A program made the translations under genes and the position numbers. The notes beneath the pieces were generated by a model. The model saw only the letters and a list, made by a program, of their open reading frames with translations. It searched no databases and had not been told where the DNA came from. A DNA stretch of 64,000 bases, taken from Neodothiora populina. Lineage: Eukaryota. Of this stretch, positions 51,764 through 62,851 are shown piece after piece (the first letter of the stretch is position 1; each line of letters starts with the position of its first letter). Location of the stretch: the NCBI RefSeq assembly GCF_041146345.1, contig NW_027191404.1:2170001-2234000 (forward strand), given 5' to 3'.

Positions 51764-53155
51764 GATGCTGCAAGTTTTGCGACACACAAAAAGGTCCTCT
51801 ATCAATTAAGGTGCAGCGCCAGTCTGCGTCTACCAAGAGACTGGTGCGACGGTCGCGAATCCAACAGACGCTGACAAGCGATGATGAGATCCAAAGAATA
51901 AGCGAAGGCAATCAGTTTGCTGTTGAGATGTCCCCAATGCAGCAGAGTTGTTAACAACAGCAGTAACAATGCTATGTTGACGAAATGCAATATTGTCGTT
52001 GCTGTTGTTGCTGACGTTCTCGTCTACACGAGCGCGCAAGTGACGCGGTGAAGACGGCAAGTGGTGATTACGGGAAGACACAAACAGCAAGCAAGTGGAT
52101 GATTGATGTCGATGGTATTGACCGGTGGTAATACTGTAGGATCAACAACAAGAACAACAAAAGTGCCACGGTGCATAAAACAGTATGACGGGTATCGGTG
52201 CAGGAATAGGAGTGTATTAGTCGAGGTCAAAGTAAGGTACAAAAGAGTAATGTAAAGTCAGCCCTTGGTTTCTTGCTTGTGCTTCTTCTCCCTTTGTTGT
52301 CAATCCGCGTGGCTGGATAAGGTCCAAGTGCTTGCAGCCGGTGGCTGGCCACTGTTGATGCCCCCGTATGCCGACGTCTTACCGATACATCAGGACCATA
52401 CGCCACTTGCTGTGTCTACATCCTCATTACATGTAGCATCGAAGTTATGTATACACAGTACAGTACGTGCGATAATCGTGTTGCGACCTGCCACTTGTGC
52501 TGTAGAGCTGAGACGTACCAACCCAATCGATGATCGGTTGACTTCTTGCCCTTTAGCCAGTAGCGACCCGTCGATATAAGGTATGCACAGGGTCTACACA
52601 GCGGAGGCAACCTTCGATAATAAAGATAAGATGCGACGCACCAGAGACGTTGTTTATTACAGACTTGCACCAACATTCAGCTAGCCTCCCATAACATAGA
52701 CACGTTTTAAGCATCAGAAGTCGCCTATATATCATACCTAACTACCTTATATTACGGTCTACCGACACTTCACTGGGCCAGCTTGTGCGGACAGGGTTGC
52801 CCTGCTGCAACGCGACTTGGAGCTTCAAACTCACAGTACCTCGATCAACCACCGGCTACGACGCCAACGTGCAACCCCAGACGATTTATCAGGGGGTTGG
52901 CAGGCACGACTCTCTACGATTCCGACCATAAATGTAAAAAGAGGGCATCATAGTTCAAAGCAGTACCTTGTTGACAAGGGCAGCGGGTGGGGGTGGGGTT
53001 TGCAGCATTTACTTTTCATTGCCTACACCCTTCTTTACTCTCGAAACCATCCTTTCCACTTCCAAATAATATCCATGAACACGCATTGATATTCCCAAAA
53101 ATCCAACTCCTATTGTTAGATTGTGAGCTTTGAGTATTGGCCTGCCTTATTCACC

Positions 53156-54232
53156 ATGGCTTCTCCAATCGTCAAGGCAACCATCCAGGCCGCAAGTCTG
53201 AGTGCAGTCTCAAACATACTCGCCCAGTTGATATCATGCTACCAGACAGGGGTAAATTCGATGATAGAAAATCCAATTGATGACTGTAAGCTAAGACATC
53301 AACACAGAAGTCGTTTAGCATTGATCCGGTTCCTCTTGGGCAATTTGTGACTTTCTCTCTCATGTCATGCCCACCGAACTACTTGTGGCAATCTTGGCTC
53401 GAGGCTACATTTCCTGGTTACACAGCGGCCTCGGAGCATGGCACCATGGACAGTATTGCACAGAATGCCGGTGTCAAACAAATCACAGACAAGACAGGAC
53501 CAGCTTTGCAAGCACTGAACGAGAAGACTGCTCCAGCGCTACAGAGTATCAGCGACACGACAGGACCAGCACTGCAAGCCTTGAATGAAAAGACGGCGCC
53601 AGCTTTCCAGACAATCAGTGACCAAACATCGGCCGCCGCATCTGCTACCCAGGACTCAGAAATTGTTCACCAAGTCCGTAGACGAGCGACCGAGGGCGTG
53701 GAGACGGTCAAGGCGAAGGCGAAGGAGTATGAGGCACGGGCTGGATTGAACAGCGCATTCACCAAGGCTAGCGACTTGATTACGCCGCAGACCTTCAGCA
53801 CCCCAGATGGAAAGATCATCGAAAAGGCTGCCGATGGCGCAGTTCAACCCGACACACGGAGCAGCACCAAGAAGAAGCTCAACGTCAAGAACACGGCAAT
53901 AAAGTTCAGCTTGGATCAGACCTTCGGAGCGATCGTCAATACTGTGTTCTTCATTGCTGGAATTGGGGCCCTGAGAGGCGAGTCACTGGCTTACATCGCA
54001 TCCAATGTGAAGAACGTAAGTCAAAGCCACACGTATGCATCAGAAATACCTATGTACTGACCCATTACAACAGGACTCAATCCCTCTGTTATTGGCTGGT
54101 CAAAAGCTATGGCCTGCCGTTTCGCTCATCAGCTTCACTTTGATACCGGTCGAGCAAAGGACAGTGTTTGGTGGTGTTGTTGGTGTGGGGTGGGGCATCT
54201 TCCTCAGTCTGCTCGCCGGCGGAAAGAAGTGA
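53156..54232 (+). CDS. Mpv17/PMP22 family membrane protein with a large internal insert, 3 exons (introns 53252-53307, 54016-54073)
   Basis: LSAVSNILAQ, PPNYLWQSWLE..FP, KFSLDQT, KLWPAVSLISFTLIP, WGIFLSL. Confidence 0.9.
53482..53646 (+). repeat. Coding tandem repeat, 33-nt unit with a 66-nt higher-order period, about 5 units
   Basis: ITDKTGPALQA LNEKTAPALQS ISDTTGPALQA LNEKTAPAFQT ISDQTSAAASA. Confidence 0.9.
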
Positions 54233-54682
54233 TGCAAGTTAGGTAGTTTTGGAGTGGTGTTTATGTTTCGGCCATGGTCAAGACGCAGCCGCTACTATTC
54301 CCTACGAAGTAATGCCTGAGAAAGGATGCACCTAGATTGAGATATCTTTGGCCACTAGTATCCCACCGACCTGGAAGCTGTCCTGATCCCGTCACAAGAG
54401 TCGTGTAAGTAGTAAATATTATTGTACGTTGAATGAACAACAACATGATAGAGGAGGTACCGTCGCAAAGTACCATTATGGAAGCTTTGACCGCGCATGT
54501 TCAGTCTTGGCGACTCTGGATTTCATGAAACGCGACTTTTCGTCACGCGCAATGAATAAGCTAAATCAGAACCATTGGCCCAGCTCTTGCACGAGATATT
54601 ACTTAGCACAGCGCTGGTCGCAAACAGACACACCCAAAGTTATGAGAAATTGCGAATAGCACCGACCCGAACAGCGCCCGAC

Positions 54683-57600
54683 ATGGCACCCCGTGCTGCA
54701 GAAACAGCGGCTTCGACTCGACCGACAGTGGACGATCTGACCGGAGACACTCACTTTGCGCAACTCGCACGGAAACACTGGCTAGGGAAGAGCAAGCAGC
54801 CGAAGGTCCAGCCTGCCGTGGTGGAGAAAGAGATCTGGGAGCATGTGGAAGGAGAAGGGTTCGCATACGGATCGCTGCTGTTACTGGAGCAGTTGCAACT
54901 GCTGGAGAAATACCTGTGGCCCGGCTACTCAGAGGATGCTTCCAACTACCACGTCCTGCTGCTGGCTCTCTTGGTCAACGTCAAGCGCCGAGAGGGTCTT
55001 GATATCTGGGGTGCGTGACAGTGTCGAAAGGACGGGAGCCCTTGACTGACCGCTTCGCAGATAGCTTCACCAACGATTCGGCCAGCTTCTCCTCCTTCTT
55101 CCGCCGCGTGCTGTCAATGACCATCGATACTTCTGTTGCGACCGAGCTTCGCACGCATCTCATCGCCTTCGTCATCGGAGCCTTTCAGTCCCTGGACAGC
55201 GGTATCGTTCGGAAAGAGTGTGCGCCCCTTGTGTCGATTGGAATATGGCACAACCTGCACAGCGAAAGCGCAAGAGCAGAGCGATTAGACAAGGCACAAC
55301 AACTCCAAAAGTCCTGGAGGGCGGCGAGCAAGCGCTATGATGCTGCGGAACCGCCCGTCCAGGCACGGCTACGCTTCGAAAGGTCATGGCTTTATTCACT
55401 GCTTCTCGACTTCACAAACCGGCTGTACGATGTGCAGACCAGCACGCGGAGCGACAGCGTTCTGTATTGCGAGCGCTTCCTGGAACTGCTGACAGATCTG
55501 CAGAGCCAGCTGCCGACCCGGAGATATGTCAGCGCACTGCTGCAGGACTTGAACATTCTGTCCGTCGTCAAGCTGTCCCCCATGTACGTCGACGAGGACA
55601 ACTCGCTCCTCCGGGACATGCACAGTCTGCTAGAACACTTTTCCTTCTTCCCCATCGAGGACCACAGCGGCAGGCAGTACACCCGTCTCGAGTACGATCA
55701 GATCCACCACGCCGCTTTGACCAGACTTCAGCGAGTCTCTTTCAAGACTTTCCAGGACAAGCTGAAGATTTTGATATTGGCCAACTTTGCCTCTCTTGCC
55801 ACCAGAGACGATCTCGAGAGCCATCTTGGTGCCTTGTCCGATGATGAGCTTATACAGCTCTGCAGCTTGCTGTCCTTCCGAACGGAATACCCTACATCGT
55901 CACTGCTTGTTCGTGACCGATCCTTCTACATGGAGCTGCTCCTATCAGCACACGAAAGAAGACCAACATATCAGGAGACCATGGAGAATATGACTGTCAT
56001 GCCTACTGATCACACCGTGTATGACCAGTCGTTTGTGCGGACCGAGGGTTACAATGGATCCAGACCACTTGCAGTGCCGAAGCTGAACCTTCAATACCTC
56101 ACCATGGGAGACTTCCTGTGGAGATCGTTCATGCTCTATCGGTCGGAGAGCTTCTATGAAATCCGACAGGACGTCGAAGATACCGTGAAACGTACACAGC
56201 CGAAACGTCTAGGTATAACCACCAAGTTCGATGGTTTTTCACGCATGGCCCTTCCCATCTCCAAGCCAGCCATAGTCGACGAAGCGTTGCCTAGAGTCGG
56301 AGAGCAACATCCCGCCAAGGTCGATGCCGAAATCATTCTCGACGTCAATCGACTAACGCCTAACATTCGGCGGGAGTGGGAGACGCTTCGTCCACATGAC
56401 ATTGTCTACTTGGTCGCCGTCGAAGCGAACGATACCACTCCCACTTCCAACGGACACAGTGAGCCGACGTCATCTAGCAGACAAGGTGTGAAACACATCC
56501 GTTGCGCAGAAGTCATACAGGTCCTCGACGACAATGGCAAGATGTTACGTGAGCAGAAGCAGGATCGATCGAATGCGTACGAACGTCGTGTGAGTCAGCG
56601 CAGACTGTTATTACGGTTGGATCCCATCGCCTTCCAGGCGGACAAGGAGCGCACCCGCGCTGGCAAACCCGACATATACGACTCGATCAACCTCATCATA
56701 CGACGCAAGGGAAGAGAGAACAACTTCAAGTCAATTCTCGAGTCCATCAGGCACCTGGCGCTCTCCGATGTCCCAGCCCCGGCATGGCTACGTGAGGTGT
56801 TTTTGGGATACAGCGACCCGGCTGCTGCGTCTTACCAGCGCTTGCCGAATCGACTCACTTCCATTGACTACCGCGACACTTTCCTTGATTGGCAGCATCT
56901 GATTGAGAGTCTGCCAGGCAAGACTGTCGAGCCCGAAGCGCAGATCAACTCCAGCTTCCCTCCGCCTTACGTGCTGGAAAGCTCAATAACTCCAGCACCA
57001 CAGGCCAGACCTGCTAAGAAACGGAGAAAGGAGCCGGTCGAGGCACCGCGTGCAGCAACAGAATCCGTCAAGGTCGGCACATACAAGCCGCCCAATCCCG
57101 GTCCATACCCTGTGGATGCTCCGAAGCTCAACTCGGTCCGATTCAATCCCGCGCAAATCGAGGCCATCACTTCGGGCACCCAACCAGGACTTACTGTCAT
57201 TGTCGGACCCCCCGGTACCGGAAAAACGGACGTCGCAACACAGATCATCAACAACATCTACCACAACTTCCCGCAGCAGAGGACACTGTTAGTGGCACAC
57301 AGCAATCAAGCCCTGAATCAGCTGTTCCAGAAAATCACAGCTCTCGATATAGATGACCGTCATCTCCTGAGACTCGGTCATGGTGAAGAGGAATTGGAGA
57401 CCGAGGCCAGCTACAGCAAACACGGTCGTGTCGAGTCATTCCTAGAGAATGCAGTACAATACCTGTCAGAGGTCACACGACTTGCTGCTAGTATAAATGC
57501 TCCAGGAGCACACGGAAGCTCGTGTGAGACTGCGGACTACTTCAACCAGGTGTACATCAAGCCGGCTTGGACGAAGTACTGGGAAAAGGTCGACGCTGGG

Positions 57601-59068
57601 GTCGATGCACAATTCATCATCGACAGCTTCCCCTTCCACGCCTACTTTTCGACTGCACCTCAACCTCTCTTCCCAGCGGACGCCAGCCGAGAACAGCTTG
57701 TCGACATTGCTTCCGGTTGTAACCGACATCTCGACCACATCTTCGCCGCTCTCTCCGACACTCGACCGTTCGAGATCCTCCGAGGCGCCAGAGATAAGAA
57801 CAACTACTTGCTCATCAAGGAAGCACGGATCATCGCCATGACATCGACCCACGCCGCCATGCGCAGAGAAGAGATTGCGAACCTCGGCTTCCACTACGAT
57901 AATGTAATCATGGAGGAAGCGGCGCAGATTACGGAAATCGAAAATTTCATACCTCTGGCGCTGCAGAACCCTGTGGATGGCGAGTCCAAGCTTCAGCGTA
58001 TTGTTTTGGTGGGCGACCATTTGCAGAACAGCCCGATCGTGCAGAACCTCGCATTCAGACAATACGCCAATCTCGAACAGAGCCTCTTCCTGCGCTTGGT
58101 GAGACTCGGTGTGCCGACTATCATGCTCAACCAGCAAGGGCGTGCGCGTCCAGGGATCGCCGAGCTGTATAAGTGGAGATACCCGCAACTCGGGAACCTG
58201 CCGCTTGTCACGCAAGCGCCAGAGTTCCGAGCGGCAAACGCAGGGTTCAGGTATGAGTATCAATTCATCGACGTTCCAGACTACAAGGGCAAAGGCGAGA
58301 CGGAGCCATCACCGCATTTCATTCAGAACCTGGGAGAGGCAGAGTATGCAGTGGCACTGTTCATGTACATGCGACTGCTAGGGTACGCGGCGGAGAAGAT
58401 CACCATCTTGACGACGTATGCTGGCCAGAGAGCTCTGGTCAAGGACGTACTCGCACACCGCTGTAAAGGCAATCGCTTGTTCGGCATGCCGGGCAAAATC
58501 AGCACGGTGGACAAGTACCAGGGCGAGCAGAATGACTGTGAGTCCTGTCCATATCTCCATTGTTTCTTATCGAGTGTTTTACTGACTGTCGTAACCAGAC
58601 ATCATTCTGTCCCTGACACGTACGTCCCGCCCGGGTTATCTGCGCGACATCCGGCGCTTGACCGTGGCGCTCTCGCGTGCCCGACTAGGTCTCTACATCC
58701 TCGGCCGACGCGCAGTGTTCGAATCGTGCTTCGAGCTGCGTTCAGCCTTCCAACTGCTATTCCAACGCGCCGACAAACTGACACTCACGACCGGAGAGAT
58801 GGTGGGTCGGTTGCAGAGAGAGGTCGACGACGATGTCCCTGAAGGCGCAGTGGCACAGATGGAGGGAGTGGAGCATCTGGGCCAGTATGTCTTCGACATG
58901 ACAAAGGCCAAGGTCGAAGCTTTGAAGGCTGGCGGAGGCGTGTTGCCGCCTCCAGCCGAGAACAAGGTGGCAGACGATGATGATGACGATGATGAAGAGG
59001 AGCAGGGGCTGCAGTATAGTAATGGGGTGGACGGGGAAGCGAACATGGAGCAGGTTGACGGGGCATAG
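54683..59068 (+). CDS. AQR: Aquarius/Cwf11 spliceosomal SF1 helicase, 3 exons (introns 55011-55060, 58538-58598)
   Basis: LEKYLWP, DLQSQLPTRRY, PKLNLQYL, VGPPGTGKTD, MEEAAQI, QNLGEAEY, TVDKYQG, TVALSRARLGLY. Confidence 0.94.
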
Positions 59069-59523
59069 GTACTGTACCTTAGGCAGGTAGGCTGAGATGA
59101 GACTCACGCTTGGTTTATGATAGATGGGACTCTTCACAAGTAACCTAAAAAATGATTACGTGCTGCATGCATATGCAGAAGAAGGAAACAACCACTGCTT
59201 TGCCTGGTTGATCTGGTACTTGGATATACCGTAATATTGCAAAGCTGTAGATATACAGTAGAGGTCAAGATAAGTAAGGTATTGCGGGGGGGATAAAGAT
59301 ACAATCTGGAGTCAGACGGGAGTCAAAGTGAGCCTCGGCGTCCCTTCCCTTTCTATACCTTTGCCTTTACCCCAAACGGCAACTACACATTTACAGTACT
59401 CTACAATCATCGCATACAACACCCCGTATCCCCTCTTGTCTCTCGTCCCCTTGAAGAAGTATACGGTGGCTTTTGTGATTCCACAAGACCCGAAGCAGAG
59501 CAGAGAACAACTCATCGCCCAAC

Positions 59524-61167
59524 ATGTCGTCGTCCATGCAGCCCCGACCGACGTCGCAGCGACGACCATCACCTGAACACACATCGGATTCACATGCACA
59601 ATCACAACCAGAGCCACGACGACCACGCTCTCAGAGCCAGGCCAACTCGGCAGCCTCGTCGGAAGATTCACAGACAGTCGTGGTCAACACATCGTCGATC
59701 CTCAAAGAGAGGGAAGAGGCGTCGTCCTCGTTGATAGCTCCCGCCGCTGCACCACCGCACGCGGACGAAGAAGACGTCAAGAAATGCTGGATCTGCTTCT
59801 CGGACGAGACAGAAGACACGCCAGAGACATCCGAGTGGAGGGATCCCTGTCCGTGTGCGCTCGTCGCCCACGAAGATTGTCTACTGGACTGGATCGCCGA
59901 CATGGAGTCTCCCAGCTCGAGGAAGCGATCACTGAGTCCGCCACGGCCCGTCTGTCCGCAGTGCAAGACCGACGTCTACCTGGCGCGGCCGAAGAATTAC
60001 ATTGTCGAGAGCATCAAAGCGCTGGAGCGTGTGTCTGCCAAAGTCACCACTCCGGGCATCCTGATGTTGGCTTTCTCTACCATTGTCAACGCCTGCGAAG
60101 CACACGGACGATACACAATCTTCACCATCTTTGGCCCCGAAGACGGCCTGAGGATCATGCGCCCTGTCCTGGACGATATCGCACATCCACACCAGGTGCG
60201 AAACTGGCTGGACGTCAAAACTGTCTTCAACGACTTGCTCCGACACTGGCGCCTGCGTGTCGGACTTCCGCTCATTACTCCACTGCTCGTGCTCTCTCGC
60301 ACTCATTTCGCCGACAGTCTTCTCCCAGTTCTTCCCATCGTCTTTTTTGCCACTCAAGGCGACACCGACGAACCCCTGGACTTTGCATCATGGCCGCCCA
60401 GCGCCAGTCTCGCCATGGCCGTGCTCCCATATCTCCGCGGCGCCTACAACGCCTACTACGAGCGCGTGTGGGCGGAAAAGGAACGACGATGGCTGAAAGA
60501 GATCCAGCCTCGAAACGGGCGCGACACAGCCGACGACGCCGCCAACGCCGCCCAAAACAACCGCATGAACGATGACTTGAACGACCATCTCGCTCCCGGA
60601 GAGAACAATTTCGAAGTCCGCATCGACGCCGGCATCTGGGAAGACTGGGGCAACGCCGGCGCCGTCCCCGAAGCGCAACAGCAGCAGGTAGCACATCCGT
60701 TCAACGCGCCCCCTCTGGCCGACGACGGACCGCATCAACAACCACCACAACAACAGCAGCAAAGAATCCCCCAACAACCCCCCGCGCCGCCAGTCCAGCC
60801 CGCACAAGCAGAAAACAGACAAGAAAGACTGCTATCCCTGAACACGACGGCGCTCGCCGAAAAACTCCTCGGCGCTTTATTTTTTCCCACAATCGCCTCT
60901 GCGACAGGCGAACTCCTCTCCGTGCTGCTGCCCCAATCATGGGTCACCAAGCCCGCAGCAGCGACGGTGACGAGCAATCTCTTCGGCAGGAAACCGGCGC
61001 CGACGGGTCTGCTACAAGAAAAATGGGGCCGCAGTATCGTGGGTGGATGTCTGTTTGTTGTCGTCAAGGACGCAGTCATGTTGTACGTGCGGTGGAAAAT
61101 GGCTATGCAGCATCGCAGGCGCAGGGTACTGGATTATGATCGGGTTAAGAAGAGGGTTGTGCGTTGA
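59524..61167 (+). CDS. RING-CH (RINGv) membrane E3 ubiquitin ligase, MARCH5-like
   Basis: CWIC..PCPC..AHEDCLLDWI..CPQC (C4HC3), followed by hydrophobic segments, LGALFFP, IVGGCLFVVVKD and RRVLDY. Confidence 0.85.
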   Translation: MSSSMQPRPTSQRRPSPEHTSDSHAQSQPEPRRPRSQSQANSAASSEDSQTVVVNTSSILKEREEASSSLIAPAAAPPHADEEDVKKCWICFSDETEDTPETSEWRDPCPCALVAHEDCLLDWIADMESPSSRKRSLSPPRPVCPQCKTDVYLARPKNYIVESIKALERVSAKVTTPGILMLAFSTIVNACEAHGRYTIFTIFGPEDGLRIMRPVLDDIAHPHQVRNWLDVKTVFNDLLRHWRLRVGLPLITPLLVLSRTHFADSLLPVLPIVFFATQGDTDEPLDFASWPPSASLAMAVLPYLRGAYNAYYERVWAEKERRWLKEIQPRNGRDTADDAANAAQNNRMNDDLNDHLAPGENNFEVRIDAGIWEDWGNAGAVPEAQQQQVAHPFNAPPLADDGPHQQPPQQQQQRIPQQPPAPPVQPAQAENRQERLLSLNTTALAEKLLGALFFPTIASATGELLSVLLPQSWVTKPAAATVTSNLFGRKPAPTGLLQEKWGRSIVGGCLFVVVKDAVMLYVRWKMAMQHRRRRVLDYDRVKKRVVR

Positions 61168-61346
61168 GTTTTGCGTCTGTATGTGTACATACTTTTATAC
61201 CGGCCCTCACTTTTTTTCCTTTTTCTCTCTTGGGAGGCAATAATGGTATATGATGACGATTAGGTTTTGTTTTCTGCTTTTTCTCTACTACTCATTACCC
61301 ACCTCCCATTTCCGACTGTATCTAAACAACAGAATCTCCTCCGCGA

Positions 61347-62399
61347 TCACACGATGCGCGCGATATCCATCCTCTTCATCTCGATACCTTGGCCCACCCA
61401 CCACTCATCATCTTGACAGTCCTCGTACCCTCCTCGTGTTGTGTTCCGTCTCCCTTCCCGGATGGGACCACTGCTGCTGCGAGGCTCGGAAACCAACAAC
61501 GCCCGTCTGCATTTCTCCGATAGTCCAGTCTCGGGATACTCGTCGGTCGTGCCATCAAATCCCCACTCTCGTTCATCATTGACCAAGTCCTGCACATTGC
61601 GCCGTAGATGACAATCAACACCGCAAGACACAGCTCGACCGCCCAGCTCGATCCACCTCTGATAGCCGTGGTCGAAACTCATCCACTTCGGCACTGAGGA
61701 CGCTTGCGTTGTGACGTCTACTGCGATCCATTTATTCGCCGCTGCTTGTTCTCCATGGCTCTGTGACGCTGCACCGGCAACCCGCGCTCTTTCGCCACGT
61801 CCCGCTCTTTTAGTCTTTCGTGCCCTACACCATGGAGCCCACTCCGGGCGACAAGAAATAGACTTTGACAGTCGACTCGTGCGCTTATGCCAAAGACTAA
61901 ACATCCACAGCCCTAGCAGGACAAGCACCAGCACAACAGGACAGACGACCAACAGAGCCGGAAGTGTCCGCGATGCAGCAGCAGCAACAGGACTGTGCCC
62001 CACGTGCTCGTTGACGATCCCGCTGAGCAGCTCTGGAGCCGTGGCTCCTCCACCGCGGTTATTGCTTGCTGTGGAACCGAGGCGGAGTTGTGATGGGGCG
62101 TTGCCCACATGCTGTGGGGGCAGGAGGTGGGGGTTCGCTGCTTCTGTGTGGACGGTGCTTGATGCTGCTTCAGCGGGCGGGAGTACATGTGCGACTGACG
62201 ACGAAGAGATAGAATGACGGGGTGGGAGTGGCGGTAGCACGATTCTTTGTACTGGTCGTCGTGGTGATCTGCTCGTTGACGCTCTGTGCGGTGCTGGAGT
62301 CGTATGTTGAAATGTCGGCGTAAAGGCGTGGAGGCTCGTGGCGGTTGTGTGAGATGGCTTGATAATCCTGATACCTGGAATGTTTGGAGTTTTTGCCAT
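61347..62399 (-). CDS. Orphan-like single-pass membrane protein
   Basis: 350-aa ORF with an S/T/P/H-rich N-half and one TM segment (LLVVCPVVLVLVLLGLWMFSLW) followed by basic residues. No recognised family. Confidence 0.5.
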   Translation of the reverse strand: MAKTPNIPGIRIIKPSHTTATSLHAFTPTFQHTTPAPHRASTSRSPRRPVQRIVLPPLPPRHSISSSSVAHVLPPAEAASSTVHTEAANPHLLPPQHVGNAPSQLRLGSTASNNRGGGATAPELLSGIVNEHVGHSPVAAAASRTLPALLVVCPVVLVLVLLGLWMFSLWHKRTSRLSKSISCRPEWAPWCRARKTKRAGRGERARVAGAASQSHGEQAAANKWIAVDVTTQASSVPKWMSFDHGYQRWIELGGRAVSCGVDCHLRRNVQDLVNDEREWGFDGTTDEYPETGLSEKCRRALLVSEPRSSSGPIREGRRNTTRGGYEDCQDDEWWVGQGIEMKRMDIARIV

Positions 62400-62851
62400 T
62401 TCTAGCTATGGTGAGGTAGTAATGTATGGAATGATACTGGCGACACTGAGCTTGAGTGTATGATTGATGATTCTTGAGAGATGGTATGAATATGATACAG
62501 CAAGTTTGACCATTCACAAAGCGCTGCTATTCAACAGATACGGAAGGCACGATGCCAATGCTGGGTTGACGTTATGAAAGGGTAACATAGTGCTTGAATC
62601 TTAGGTCCGTATCCAAGAGAAAGAGAAATATGATCCAGCTTCATTGGAGATATCTCTGTGGTATTGATATGTGCGTGATACTTTTGTCTATCAACAATAG
62701 AAGGATTCTGCCCTGCGCATCAACCAGGCAACTCAACATATGTAAGTCCATCCAAGTAACGTTACAATGCAGAGTTATTTGCCCATCATAGCATATTGGG
62801 CTGTCCCTTATTGCCAGGTACCAGCGGATTTCATTGCCATTATCAGACAGC

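Noticed and set aside
57466..58263. 265-aa antisense ORF, and other shadow ORFs such as 8098-8703, 22970-23611, 59784-60575 and 62998-63654
   Set aside because: They overlap confident genes, carry no motifs and are expected from GC-rich codon bias.
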